A stretch of DNA of 52,139 nt from a virus (taxonomy: Duplodnaviria > Heunggongvirae > Uroviricota > Caudoviricetes), in IMG/VR virus record IMGVR_UViG_2541047752_000007, positions 1 through 52,139 of that record. One strand, written 5' to 3'. The position numbers were made by a program, and so were the translations under genes. Below are positions 17,620 to 26,073 of this stretch, in pieces; within the stretch, counting starts at the first letter, position 1, and the number at the start of each line of letters is the position of its first letter. The notes under the pieces were generated by a model, which ran no database searches, was not told where the DNA came from, and worked only from the letters and a program-made list of their open reading frames with translations.

Positions 17620-17801
17620 ATGAAAAACGAAATTAAAGATCTGCAAATAGACATTCAGCGCGACGAGCGTGATTTAGCCACAGTTCGACAAATTCAGGCT
17701 TTTCACATGTGAGAATTACTTGCACTGAAAGAGTTTGAGAGAAAGCTGGTGCAATCAATTTCTGATCGTAAACGCCTTATTGCTCGTTACGGGGGCAAAT
17801 A
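17620..17801 (+). pseudogene. coiled-coil small ORF interrupted by in-frame TGA
   Basis: MKNEIKDLQIDIQRDERDLATVRQIQAFHM, TGA at 17710, then same frame continues ELLALKEFERKLVQSISDRKRLIARYGGK to TAA at 17800. Confidence 0.3.
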
Positions 17802-18530
17802 ATGAATTTAGAATCCATTCTAAAATTCCACTTTCCCAAATCACCGCGATTGTCAGACGAAAGCAGGGGAACATCACCTGATGCACTTAATACGACGGAT
17901 GCGCTTACCGCCGCTGGTATGGCGCAATCGCGCGTAGCGCTTGGTTACAGCGCTTTTTTGGGGAAGATGGAACTATCGCAAACTGAAAAACACAGGGCCG
18001 TAGTTTTGCTTACAGAGCGTTTAAGAGCTATGGCAAAAGATTACGAATACGTTATGGAGTTGGACGATGAGCGACGCAATGATCTTATTATTCTTGTTGC
18101 CGTTTTCGCGTTTCGGGATTACTGCCAGAGTGCGGCGACCGAAAAGGTTTGCCCTAAATGCGGTGGAAACGGGCTTTTACCGCATCCATGCTGCGAATAC
18201 ACATCAACGGTTTGTTCGCGGTGCAACGGGAAAGGCTACGTTAAAAACCATTGCCAGCGGTGCAAAGGGCGCGGCGAGATACCGGATAAAGCAGCCAGTG
18301 AAGCAGCGGAAATGCCAGTTTTCAAAACGTGCCAGCATTGTGGCGGGCGCGGGTACTCGCGTTTCCCGGTAGATCTTGTCCGACAGGCGGTTAATCAGCT
18401 TGTTTTCCCGGTAAGCCGATCAACATGGTGGAAGAAATACAGGGTTTTCTATGAGGACGCCATAGCGGAGCTATTTAAAGAAGAAGCCCGCGCGGAAAGC
18501 GAAATTAAACGAGTGACACGGGGTGAATAA
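17802..18530 (+). CDS. Q-like late-gene antiterminator
   Basis: 242 aa; four CxxC pairs (CPKCGGNG, CSRCNGKG, CQRCKGRG, CQHCGGRG); follows ninG-rusA. Confidence 0.7.
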   Translation: MNLESILKFHFPKSPRLSDESRGTSPDALNTTDALTAAGMAQSRVALGYSAFLGKMELSQTEKHRAVVLLTERLRAMAKDYEYVMELDDERRNDLIILVAVFAFRDYCQSAATEKVCPKCGGNGLLPHPCCEYTSTVCSRCNGKGYVKNHCQRCKGRGEIPDKAASEAAEMPVFKTCQHCGGRGYSRFPVDLVRQAVNQLVFPVSRSTWWKKYRVFYEDAIAELFKEEARAESEIKRVTRGE

Positions 18531-18732
18531 TGACAAGTTAGAAATAAACGATCAGTTTGCCGTTATATTGTTCGAAGATAAAACTGGCGGCGCATGGTGT
18601 AAGAGAGTCACTGGTGCAGAAGCGCGTTTAATATTAGGTATGGCAAGCGCGTTAAACGAAGGAGAATTACCCGCCATCCCTGTTAAACCAGTCCACATCT
18701 ATAAACGGGGCGACGATGATGAAAATAATTAA
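18523..18732 (+). CDS. hypothetical protein
   Basis: 69 aa, GTG start overlapping Q stop. Confidence 0.3.
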   Translation: MNNDKLEINDQFAVILFEDKTGGAWCKRVTGAEARLILGMASALNEGELPAIPVKPVHIYKRGDDDENN

Positions 18733-19066
18733 TATTGGGTGGCTGTATTGCGAAAACTGCGACGACGACGGCATGGTTGTTAAAACTGAAAAAGGCTGCG
18801 GCTTCATACTGTATCAAGATGATAAATTTGTTTGCCCGCGATGCGGTGGTCGTGGTGAGATAGAGATCGTTGATGATATTGCTACCGCACCCAAGCCATC
18901 GCGCATTGTCCTTGATGAAAAAATAAAAATTCATCCTGATTTATTACAGCAAATTATCGATCACGTATCGGCAGCCGCAATCTATAGCGATAACAATTAT
19001 CAGCGTGAAATGAACGTCAAACGTGCGCTTAATCAGTATTTTAAGGGTGACGATGATGAAGCCTAA
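18716..19066 (+). CDS. hypothetical zinc-ribbon protein
   Basis: 116 aa; CENC...CPRCGGRG. Confidence 0.4.
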   Translation: MMKIINIGWLYCENCDDDGMVVKTEKGCGFILYQDDKFVCPRCGGRGEIEIVDDIATAPKPSRIVLDEKIKIHPDLLQQIIDHVSAAAIYSDNNYQREMNVKRALNQYFKGDDDEA

Positions 19067-19328
19067 ATTAAAAGAACATGTTTACCGCCAGTTGGTTAAC
19101 GAGTTGGCTGACACGGCCCGCCATTACGCCGGAACACAACAGCTACGCGGTCGGCTATCTTCGGTTGTTAACCGTTATATTGATGCTGGATGCCATCGCA
19201 AAGGTGAAATTACGATGGACGAGGCAATCAAGCGCCGGACGGCTGAATGGTCAGTGAGTAATACCGGATTAACCGGATACATTGAAGGCTATAACGACTG
19301 TTTACAGGATCATGGCGATGGCAAGTAA
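19053..19328 (+). CDS. hypothetical protein
   Basis: Frame of ORF 19023-19328, ATG at 19053. Confidence 0.35.
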   Translation: MMKPKLKEHVYRQLVNELADTARHYAGTQQLRGRLSSVVNRYIDAGCHRKGEITMDEAIKRRTAEWSVSNTGLTGYIEGYNDCLQDHGDGK

Positions 19329-19626
19329 AGATCTACATTTAAACCTGAAAGGAGAATACTTTTACGCCATCCGGGCGGGAAAGAAGGTGGAGGAATACCG
19401 ACTTTATAATGACTATTGGCGTAAACGCCTGAAAGGGCGGGAATATGAACGCCTGATAATCAAGCTGGGGTATCCAGCCAGCCACGAAACACACCGGATC
19501 ATAAACCTGCCTTATTTCGGGTATGAAGTGAAAACTATCACACATCCATTGTTCGGCCCTGATCCTGTTAAGGTATTCGCAATTAAATGTGATGTGAATT
19601 GGATGTTAAGGTGGGGTGAGCAATGA
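19318..19626 (+). CDS. ASCH-like (PUA-fold) protein
   Basis: LNLKGEYFYAIRAGKKVEEYRL fits ASCH N-terminal pattern; weak. Confidence 0.35.
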   Translation: MASKDLHLNLKGEYFYAIRAGKKVEEYRLYNDYWRKRLKGREYERLIIKLGYPASHETHRIINLPYFGYEVKTITHPLFGPDPVKVFAIKCDVNWMLRWGEQ

Positions 19627-19838
19627 AAAAAGCTGGCCTATCAATTAGCCGTGTATTGTGCGGTGACGAAAACGAGATCCGCATAGAAATTAAATTTAGC
19701 ACAGGTAAAGAGATAATCCTTTACACGACACCTGAAAACCTGACGCTGGCGCTTACTGGTAAATCTGAAACGCCGTGCGACGTCCGGTTGCGCAATATTG
19801 AAATTAAGGAATTAAGGAAGGTGAAAGATGAAAAGTAG
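19623..19838 (+). CDS. hypothetical protein
   Basis: 71 aa ORF. Confidence 0.35.
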   Translation: MKKAGLSISRVLCGDENEIRIEIKFSTGKEIILYTTPENLTLALTGKSETPCDVRLRNIEIKELRKVKDEK

Positions 19839-20028
19839 AATGAAACGCATGGTAAGAGCTTACGATAAGGCTTTAATGGTTTTTGATGATTTGCGACGCA
19901 ATAAGCGTGAGCGTCGTAAATGGGCGCGTTTATTCGCGAAAGAATGGCACGAAGACGATGCGACAATCGACTGTCAAAAAGACGCTGACGAATTAGCTGA
20001 CGATAACGTTTATTATATGATGTGGTGA
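19828..20028 (+). CDS. hypothetical protein
   Basis: 66 aa ORF. Confidence 0.35.
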   Translation: MKSRMKRMVRAYDKALMVFDDLRRNKRERRKWARLFAKEWHEDDATIDCQKDADELADDNVYYMMW

Positions 20029-20032
20029 CAAC

Positions 20033-20398
20033 ATGCAAATAATCATTGATTACCTTTGCCATGCAGCAAATACACTTTTCGGTTTTTATCAACAACCTTT
20101 CCTTAAAGAGTGGGATTCGATGTTAAACGATATCCTCGACAAAGGATTAATAATGGAGGTTGACGAGCTTACAATCAAAATTAATTATGAAGGTGAAGAA
20201 TATCAAATTTGGGTGGGTAATAGATGGTATTCATACGGTCATATTTATTCAATTGGTGGTAAGTTCATTAAAAGAAACCAGGAATTCAGACCGCGCTTCC
20301 GCACAATGCGCCGACTACATAACCTGCATATGAATCTATTTGAAGACCAGGAAGCACGGGAACTATTCAAGATCTACGGAGATAAATCATGGAGCTAA
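20033..20398 (+). CDS. hypothetical protein
   Basis: 121 aa ORF. Confidence 0.4.
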   Translation: MQIIIDYLCHAANTLFGFYQQPFLKEWDSMLNDILDKGLIMEVDELTIKINYEGEEYQIWVGNRWYSYGHIYSIGGKFIKRNQEFRPRFRTMRRLHNLHMNLFEDQEARELFKIYGDKSWS

Positions 20399-20619
20399 AA
20401 ATCTGGAAGGCTATCGACGTAGTTGATAATGAGTTAAGTATGTTTGCCACTGACGGAAAGCGCGCGGTGATCGCCACATGGACGCGTAACCATGATGATA
20501 TCGCTTTTCGTCGCAAGGCTGCGGAGTGGCTTTTCTCTGATGGCGGCTACACGATGAACATCGCCCAGCTTGCCAGAATGAAGGATGAAAAGCTGGTAGA
20601 CAGCTACACAACTGCATAG
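20389..20619 (+). CDS. hypothetical protein
   Basis: 76 aa ORF. Confidence 0.35.
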   Translation: MELKIWKAIDVVDNELSMFATDGKRAVIATWTRNHDDIAFRRKAAEWLFSDGGYTMNIAQLARMKDEKLVDSYTTA

Positions 20620-20629
20620 CGGGGTAAAT

Positions 20630-20863
20630 ATGCGTATCTATGAGCACAAGCGGGATAAAACCCGCTTTTTTGTTCGTGCTGGCGTTGCATACCAGTATCA
20701 CGAATGCGGATACATTGAGGCGCTTGCTTACGATCTGGATTTCGAGCAGGAAAAAGAATGGTTCGATTTCAAAATATACCGCAAGCGTAAACCAACGCGC
20801 TACGAGCGCCACGCTATCCGGGACTTTTTAATCAGCATTGAGCGCTGGGGGACAGAAGAATGA
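20630..20863 (+). CDS. hypothetical protein
   Basis: 77 aa ORF. Confidence 0.35.
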   Translation: MRIYEHKRDKTRFFVRAGVAYQYHECGYIEALAYDLDFEQEKEWFDFKIYRKRKPTRYERHAIRDFLISIERWGTEE

Positions 20864-21138
20864 GAACAAAGAAAACAGCAGATCAGAAAGCGTTAGTTAT
20901 CGCTACAACGGATGTATCGTTATTCACGAAGGGTGAAGAGATAGATCTTAAATTGCTTTTTGGAATGTTTGAGCCACACGAAAAGCCGTGGTTCGTACAT
21001 GAAGATAAACAAGGCAATATGCGCGTAGTAGTGCCTGACAGTAAAAGCGATATATTTTTTGGTATTCCAGATCCGTTACATGACGGTGAGATGTTGGCGG
21101 TGTTGTTGATCTCTGATGCTGTTACTTATAAGGGGTAA
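20860..21138 (+). CDS. hypothetical protein
   Basis: 92 aa ORF. Confidence 0.35.
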   Translation: MRTKKTADQKALVIATTDVSLFTKGEEIDLKLLFGMFEPHEKPWFVHEDKQGNMRVVVPDSKSDIFFGIPDPLHDGEMLAVLLISDAVTYKG

Positions 21139-21140
21139 AG

Positions 21141-21368
21141 ATGAAAGTCAAATTCTTGCACGATCACGGTTATCCGTCATTGAAACAGGTTGTTGGTAAG
21201 GTCGTTAATGTCGTTCATAGCGATGATGTCACTTGCATGATTAACGGTGCTGATTTAATCGCCGCTGGCGCTGATGATCATTACATCAATCCGGCGTGGT
21301 CGTATACGTTCAGCCTGGGTGACTTCGTTGGCGACAAGGGGCGCGGGCTGCAAGTGGTCGAGGGTTAA
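21141..21368 (+). CDS. hypothetical protein
   Basis: 75 aa ORF. Confidence 0.35.
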   Translation: MKVKFLHDHGYPSLKQVVGKVVNVVHSDDVTCMINGADLIAAGADDHYINPAWSYTFSLGDFVGDKGRGLQVVEG

Positions 21369-21371
21369 TAT

Positions 21372-21621
21372 CATGGACGTTTACGAAGATCTATACCTTC
21401 AGACGAATACCCACACTTTTTATTTTTTGAAAAACGGCGTTGTATATCGCAGCGACGACGGGATGGTAATGAAGGAGTGGTTATTTAAGCGTAAAGACCT
21501 ACTCGACGATCTGGTTTTTGCCGGGATATTTCGTAAACGTCCGGCTAACCTGGAAGAAGAAATGTTGATTGAGGTAATTAAAAATGAAAATCAGGGTAAG
21601 TTATTTCCGGGCGAAAGATAA
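21372..21621 (+). CDS. hypothetical protein
   Basis: ATG 21372 within ORF-track frame 21274-21621. Confidence 0.35.
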
Positions 21622-21835
21622 GGCAACAGGAAAGCAGATGGCGATCCTGGTTAACGAGGCCAATTATATGTTTGTACTTCGGCCGTGGTGCATAGCTGAC
21701 TATAACGATGATTATCGTCGTCACGGTGCGCGGAGTGCGGTAGGCATGAAAGGCTGGCAACCGCGCGACATGGAAAACTATTGTGAATGGAAATTAGTAG
21801 CAAAATACACTGTCGATTATAAAGGTGTTTTCTGA
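21584..21835 (+). CDS. hypothetical protein
   Basis: 83 aa ORF. Confidence 0.35.
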   Translation: MKIRVSYFRAKDKATGKQMAILVNEANYMFVLRPWCIADYNDDYRRHGARSAVGMKGWQPRDMENYCEWKLVAKYTVDYKGVF

Positions 21836-21838
21836 TTA

Positions 21839-22207
21839 ATGTTACTTTCACGGAAGATATGCGAACCAGTGGGGCAAATGACCCCATCAAGCCAGAAGGG
21901 TTTAATCATGAAAAGCGATAAATTCATTGCGTGCTGTTTTGTTGAAGTGCCTAAAGGTGATGCCTTCTGCGATTATGAATTTAAAGACAGTTGGGGAAAA
22001 TCTCATGTTGTAGTTGGCAAGCGCGGAGACTGGTTATACATAACAGACGACGACATGATTTTTACTGCAAACCAGTTATTCAAAATTAAGTCAGAAAATA
22101 GTGAAACGCCACTTTGCAGCATGTTTAACATGCATTATCACTCACTATTATTGTTAAAACAAGATGTTATAAATAAAGCGCGTAGCTTACCTGGTGCGGA
22201 GTTTTAA
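21839..22207 (+). CDS. hypothetical protein (start uncertain, possibly ATG 21908)
   Basis: 122 aa ORF; better RBS before MKSDKF. Confidence 0.35.
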   Translation: MLLSRKICEPVGQMTPSSQKGLIMKSDKFIACCFVEVPKGDAFCDYEFKDSWGKSHVVVGKRGDWLYITDDDMIFTANQLFKIKSENSETPLCSMFNMHYHSLLLLKQDVINKARSLPGAEF

Positions 22208-22230
22208 TTTATTACGAAGGGGAATAATAA

Positions 22231-22554
22231 ATGTCTAAATTTATCAGCGTTAAGGTTTTTCGTGGCAATTTTCCAGAAGATAAAGAAATTGGACAATTCG
22301 CAGGTGAACGTGGCGTATGTTTCCGTGTAGCTACTGAAGACGATGCGCACGTTAAATGCTTTCACGTATCTGAACCGCCTTTTAATGCAGACCATCTTGA
22401 AGACCTGAATAGAATTAAAAGCCTTATTTTTGCCTATCTGGCGTTCCCTGGCATAGCTAATGCTGATGTGGGATTGGTTGGAGCTGAACTAGTGGCAGAA
22501 TATAAAATGACTGAAGGAGAAGAAGGGGGAATTAAAATTGAGCGCATCAAATAA
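22231..22554 (+). CDS. hypothetical protein
   Basis: 107 aa ORF. Confidence 0.4.
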   Translation: MSKFISVKVFRGNFPEDKEIGQFAGERGVCFRVATEDDAHVKCFHVSEPPFNADHLEDLNRIKSLIFAYLAFPGIANADVGLVGAELVAEYKMTEGEEGGIKIERIK

Positions 22555-22792
22555 GGTATACAAAATCAGGTGTAAAGGTGAATACCCTGGCTTTACGACT
22601 GGTTGCGAATACCTGGGCCACATTGGATACGGTCCTTTCGGTGAGTTAGGGATGAATACGATTGATGACGATGGCGACAGCAGGACGCTTGGTCTTGATT
22701 CTGATGATTTCGAATACATCCCGCCGATAACTTACCGCGACGTTGATGATTTCATGGCTGAACATGACGACGAGGACGATGATTATGATTGA
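22538..22792 (+). CDS. hypothetical acidic protein
   Basis: 84 aa, Asp/Glu-rich C-terminus. Confidence 0.35.
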   Translation: MSASNKVYKIRCKGEYPGFTTGCEYLGHIGYGPFGELGMNTIDDDGDSRTLGLDSDDFEYIPPITYRDVDDFMAEHDDEDDDYD

Positions 22793-22985
22793 ATGCCTTA
22801 TTGCTGTGACTGTTTTGCTTTATATCGCTGGCGCGATCCTGATGTCATGTTTTATTAAGTTTAGCGGTGCCGAACATGGTGGACTTGAGATTCCTTTTTG
22901 GCCTGTGACTGTGTTTATCGCTTTCTTCGACGCTACGGCAGAGCAAATCAGGCGAGCCATTAAGGAGCGTAAAAATGGGAAATAG
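22785..22985 (+). CDS. small membrane protein (two TM helices)
   Basis: MIECLIAVTVLLYIAGAILMSCFIKF...; GAGGA RBS. Confidence 0.35.
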   Translation: MIECLIAVTVLLYIAGAILMSCFIKFSGAEHGGLEIPFWPVTVFIAFFDATAEQIRRAIKERKNGK

Positions 22986-23172
22986 CGACCATGAATATGA
23001 TGGCGTTTATCAGTCATTGGCTACGCGAGCTTATTACCGCCTCGAAGGTGAGCACGTTTTGATGCGCCTCGGTAGTCTTGATCGGTGGCATGAGCCATTT
23101 TTACCTATGACAGCGAAAGAAGTTATCACGATGGTTAATCATAGATACTGGCGCAAGGTTGGTGATTTGTAA
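22975..23172 (+). CDS. hypothetical protein
   Basis: 65 aa ORF. Confidence 0.35.
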   Translation: MGNSDHEYDGVYQSLATRAYYRLEGEHVLMRLGSLDRWHEPFLPMTAKEVITMVNHRYWRKVGDL

Positions 23173-23235
23173 CCATAATCGCGCATAAAAAACAAATAGA
23201 TTAAAATATTTCCTAACAATGCGAAATTGTAATTG

Positions 23236-23257
23236 CCCGGCCACGCGCCGGGTTTTT
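23236..23257 (+). terminator. rho-independent terminator immediately upstream of holin (tR'-like)
   Basis: cccggc-cacgc-gccggg followed by ttttt. Confidence 0.5.
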
Positions 23258-23278
23258 GCTTTGTTGGAGGTAAATCTA

Positions 23279-23478
23279 TGTTCGACAGAATACGGGAGGC
23301 GTGCGCGTATGTGACTGGGGCCGTAACTGCTTTTTTCGGCGCGATAACCATCAATGACATTGCCGTCTTTGTGGGTATCTTATCAACCGTAGGCACATTT
23401 GCCGTCAATTATTACTTCAAATCACAGGAGAACAAGCGAGCGCAAGAGGAACACGACGCGCGAATGGGGAATAAGTAA
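23279..23478 (+). CDS. class II holin (pinholin-like)
   Basis: 66 aa, two predicted TM segments and charged C-terminus; GGAGG RBS; directly precedes SAR endolysin. Confidence 0.6.
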
Positions 23479-23971
23479 CATGATTAGCCAATCGCTGAAG
23501 AATAAGATTATTGCTGCGGCGGCTGGTGGGGCGATCGCTATTGCGGCGGTGATGGTTAAACCATTAGAGGGCGTGGAGTACGATCCCTATCGTGATGTTA
23601 TCGGCGTATGGACCGTTTGCTATGGTCACACCGGAAAAGACATCATGCTTGGTAAGACTTACACGCAATCAGAATGCGATGCTTTGTTAAACAAGGATCT
23701 CCACAAAACCGCAAAAGCGATTGACCCCTATATTAAAGTCGAAATATCAGATTTTACCCGCGCGGCGCTTTATTCATTCGCCTATAACGTAGGTGCAACC
23801 AATTTCAAAACATCAACCTTATTAAAACTACTCAATGACGGCAAGAAATCAGAAGCGTGCGCACAGCTTAAACGCTGGGTATACGCTGGCGGTAAGAAGT
23901 GGCAAGGCCTGGTAAACCGCCGCGAGGTTGAATATGCCGTTTGCGAATGGGGGGAAACGTGGACAAGGTGA
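23479..23971 (+). CDS. SAR endolysin (T4-lysozyme-like, phage 21 R-type)
   Basis: N-terminal SAR segment [15 protein letters not shown]; [34 protein letters not shown] nearly identical to remembered phage 21 endolysin. Confidence 0.85.
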
Positions 23972-24429
23972 AGGCGTTAATTATCGCCGCTGTTGTTTGC
24001 ATTATTGCCGGACTGACCGCCGTAACATGTTATTACCAGGGTGAGGCGGCAAGGTTACAGGAAGAAGTCACGGTAACGAAAGGCGCACTGAAAACGGCAA
24101 GTAACACTATTCAGCAGATGAAGGAGCGAAACGCCGAACTGTCAAAACTTGATAAGAGGTATCACGATGAGATTAAAGCTATCAGATCTGACATTGCCGA
24201 TCTGCGCACTGGCATTGATAACGGTACTATCCGGTTGCGCGTCAACGCAATACCCGTGCGAGTGTCCGACCCCGCCGCGACCGCCAGCCGCATTGATGGA
24301 GCCACCTGCGAGCTTGATGCCACTGCTAGACAATCTTATCTATCCCTCAGAGAACAACTAAAAGAGAAAGACGCACAGATCACTGGCCTACAGGACTACA
24401 TCAAAACTCAGTGTTTACGCAAAGAATAG
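23947..24429 (+). CDS. i-spanin (Rz-like)
   Basis: N-terminal [16 protein letters not shown] then coiled-coil; start codon uncertain (ATG 23947 or GTG 23959). Confidence 0.6.
   Translation: MGGNVDKVKALIIAAVVCIIAGLTAVTCYYQGEAARLQEEVTVTKGALKTASNTIQQMKERNAELSKLDKRYHDEIKAIRSDIADLRTGIDNGTIRLRVNAIPVRVSDPAATASRIDGATCELDATARQSYLSLREQLKEKDAQITGLQDYIKTQCLRKE
24167..24361 (+). CDS. o-spanin (Rz1-like) embedded in +1 frame of Rz
   Basis: [24 protein letters not shown] lipobox then Pro-rich [13 protein letters not shown]; AAGAGG RBS. Confidence 0.6.
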   Translation: MRLKLSDLTLPICALALITVLSGCASTQYPCECPTPPRPPAALMEPPASLMPLLDNLIYPSENN

Positions 24430-24708
24430 CAGCGCGTTGACGTGTCGCCGTTTCTGTCAGCCAGCCATAACCTGGCCAATCCTTCCCGCGAGCGACGGCG
24501 GAATAGTCAAAAACACGTAATACCGGATCAACAGTCCCATTAACAGGTCAGGCGCTACCTGGGTAGAAGAAAGCGCCATTCACCAATTTTATAAAATTCT
24601 GGAAACGGTACTGATGAAGCGCCGTTTTCAGTGTTTTATAACTGTTTTCACTCCCTGCGGTGTCGAGTTTTGCGGGGGTTATATTTTTCAGAATAGGAGA
24701 TTATTCTG

Positions 24709-25251
24709 ATGGCTAAGGCTAAAGGCATTAAATTGCCTCAATTTAAGATCCCACTCTTTGAGCATACAACCGTTTTCTTTTGCCCGACCCGCGAGATGTT
24801 CTATGAATTTTGCGAAAAGGCAGGAATTCCGATTGAACCTGATTTCGAGTTGGCTGGAGGATTAACGCTTACTTGCACTGGCGAGAATGGTGGTAACTTC
24901 TACGTGATCGCAGTATTCAACAATGAGTTGGGAACGCTGGTCCATGAATGCGCCCACACTACATTCCACGTTTTAAGTGATGTAGGCGTCGTGGCTACCA
25001 CGGATCCTACCCATCCGGCGAATGAGACTTACGCTTACATGGTAGGCCGTATCTTCGATGCGTTTTTCCCTATCCTAGCAGAATCAAACGAAGCACAGGT
25101 TGCAGCAATGCAGGCGGCAGAAGTCGTCGATCAGGCGCTGGAACAGGCAGAACAGCCGAAGGAAGAAGAAAAGCCAGCGAAGAAAGGTAAACGTAAGCCT
25201 AAGCAAAAAGATGCGTTAGTCCAGCGTGTAATGAGCTTTAAACGAGGCTGA
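24709..25251 (+). CDS. putative HExxH zinc-metallopeptidase-like protein with Lys-rich tail
   Basis: 180 aa; LVHECAHTTFH motif; C-terminal KPAKKGKRKPKQK. Confidence 0.4.
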   Translation: MAKAKGIKLPQFKIPLFEHTTVFFCPTREMFYEFCEKAGIPIEPDFELAGGLTLTCTGENGGNFYVIAVFNNELGTLVHECAHTTFHVLSDVGVVATTDPTHPANETYAYMVGRIFDAFFPILAESNEAQVAAMQAAEVVDQALEQAEQPKEEEKPAKKGKRKPKQKDALVQRVMSFKRG

Positions 25252-25253
25252 TT

Positions 25254-25343
25254 ATGATTGCATCAATATTAACGTTTATAGGCGGTATGGCGGCTGGATT
25301 CATTCTTTGCATGTTTCTGGTGGTTATGTCTAAGCAGGATTGA
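25254..25343 (+). CDS. small single-TM peptide 1 (29 aa)
   Basis: MIASILTFIGGMAAGFILCMFLVVMSKQD; GAGG RBS 7 nt upstream. Confidence 0.45.
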   Translation: MIASILTFIGGMAAGFILCMFLVVMSKQD

Positions 25344-25345
25344 TT

Positions 25346-25453
25346 ATGGATGATTACATTATCGCCGGATTAATCGGTATCTCTGTGTTTCTGGTGGGTT
25401 CTATTATAGTTGCGCTGATAAACGTATATATCAAGTATTTGGTGGAGGGGTAA
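25346..25453 (+). CDS. small single-TM peptide 2 (35 aa)
   Basis: MDDYIIAGLIGISVFLVGSIIVALINVYIKYLVEG; AGGA RBS. Confidence 0.45.
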   Translation: MDDYIIAGLIGISVFLVGSIIVALINVYIKYLVEG

Positions 25454-25454
25454 G

Positions 25455-25529
25455 ATGATTGACCCGCTCATTATCCTTTCTGCCTGCGTCGCTGTATGGC
25501 TGGCGATCATGATATTCATTGAAAGCTGA
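25455..25529 (+). CDS. small single-TM peptide 3 (24 aa)
   Basis: MIDPLIILSACVAVWLAIMIFIES; GGAGGGG RBS. Confidence 0.45.
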   Translation: MIDPLIILSACVAVWLAIMIFIES

Positions 25530-25540
25530 AGGTATTCACC

Positions 25541-25621
25541 ATGAACGCATATGAAATGCTATTGCTGGTGGCTGTGGTTGTAGTCATTGCCGTAGATGTT
25601 TATCGGGAGTTTAAAAAATGA
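25541..25621 (+). CDS. small single-TM peptide 4 (26 aa)
   Basis: MNAYEMLLLVAVVVVIAVDVYREFKK; GAAGG RBS. Confidence 0.45.
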   Translation: MNAYEMLLLVAVVVVIAVDVYREFKK

Positions 25622-25686
25622 AATGGCTTGATTTCCTTTTCCTGATTGTTGCGATTGTTCTTACCATGACCGCGCTGACTCAATAG
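25618..25686 (+). CDS. small single-TM peptide 5 (22 aa)
   Basis: MKWLDFLFLIVAIVLTMTALTQ; ATGA overlap with peptide 4; GGGAG RBS. Confidence 0.45.
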   Translation: MKWLDFLFLIVAIVLTMTALTQ

Positions 25687-25694
25687 GTGAGTAA

Positions 25695-25769
25695 ATGGAT
25701 GTTATCGAAGCCGTATTATTCGTATGTATCGCCGCGTTAATTATCGTTGGGGTGATTATCAATGTCTGA
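25695..25769 (+). CDS. small single-TM peptide 6 (24 aa)
   Basis: MDVIEAVLFVCIAALIIVGVIINV; AGGTGA RBS. Confidence 0.45.
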   Translation: MDVIEAVLFVCIAALIIVGVIINV

Positions 25770-25830
25770 CCGTGAATTATTAATCATAGCTATAGGTTCG
25801 CTGTTAGCTGTTATTGTTTTCTTCTGGTGA
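25762..25830 (+). CDS. small single-TM peptide 7 (22 aa)
   Basis: MSDRELLIIAIGSLLAVIVFFW; 8-nt overlap with peptide 6; GGGGTGA RBS. Confidence 0.45.
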   Translation: MSDRELLIIAIGSLLAVIVFFW

Positions 25831-25838
25831 GAAATATT

Positions 25839-25982
25839 ATGTTTGAATTTATCGATCTACTGATGTTCTTGCTTTGCGCTGGTGTGCTTATTATCGCGTT
25901 AATGTTATGCGCATACGTGATTGTAATGATTGGCGCGCTTATTTACAGAGAAGCAAAACAGAGATTTAAGGGTAAACAATGA
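25839..25982 (+). CDS. small single-TM peptide 8 (47 aa)
   Basis: MFEFIDLLMFLLCAGVLIIALMLCAYVIVMIGALIYREAKQRFKGKQ; GGTGAG RBS. Confidence 0.45.
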   Translation: MFEFIDLLMFLLCAGVLIIALMLCAYVIVMIGALIYREAKQRFKGKQ

Positions 25983-26062
25983 AAGAGCTATTCGACTGGT
26001 TGGAAGTATTAACATACTGCGCAAGTTTTGCGGCTTGCGTATATATCATCAATAAATATTGA
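25979..26062 (+). CDS. small single-TM peptide 9 (27 aa)
   Basis: MKELFDWLEVLTYCASFAACVYIINKY; ATGA overlap with peptide 8; AAGGG RBS. Confidence 0.45.
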   Translation: MKELFDWLEVLTYCASFAACVYIINKY

Positions 26063-26073
26063 GGGGTGACGTG

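Noticed and set aside
23161-23235. Late promoter immediately upstream of the holin terminator
   Set aside because: Only weak -10-like hexamers (e.g. TAAAAT at 23202) with no properly spaced -35; not supportable from sequence alone.
24460-24708. Possible small ORFs in the Rz to HExxH intergenic region
   Set aside because: Candidate 39-aa (minus) and 31-aa (plus) ORFs lack convincing ribosome-binding sites; treated as noncoding.
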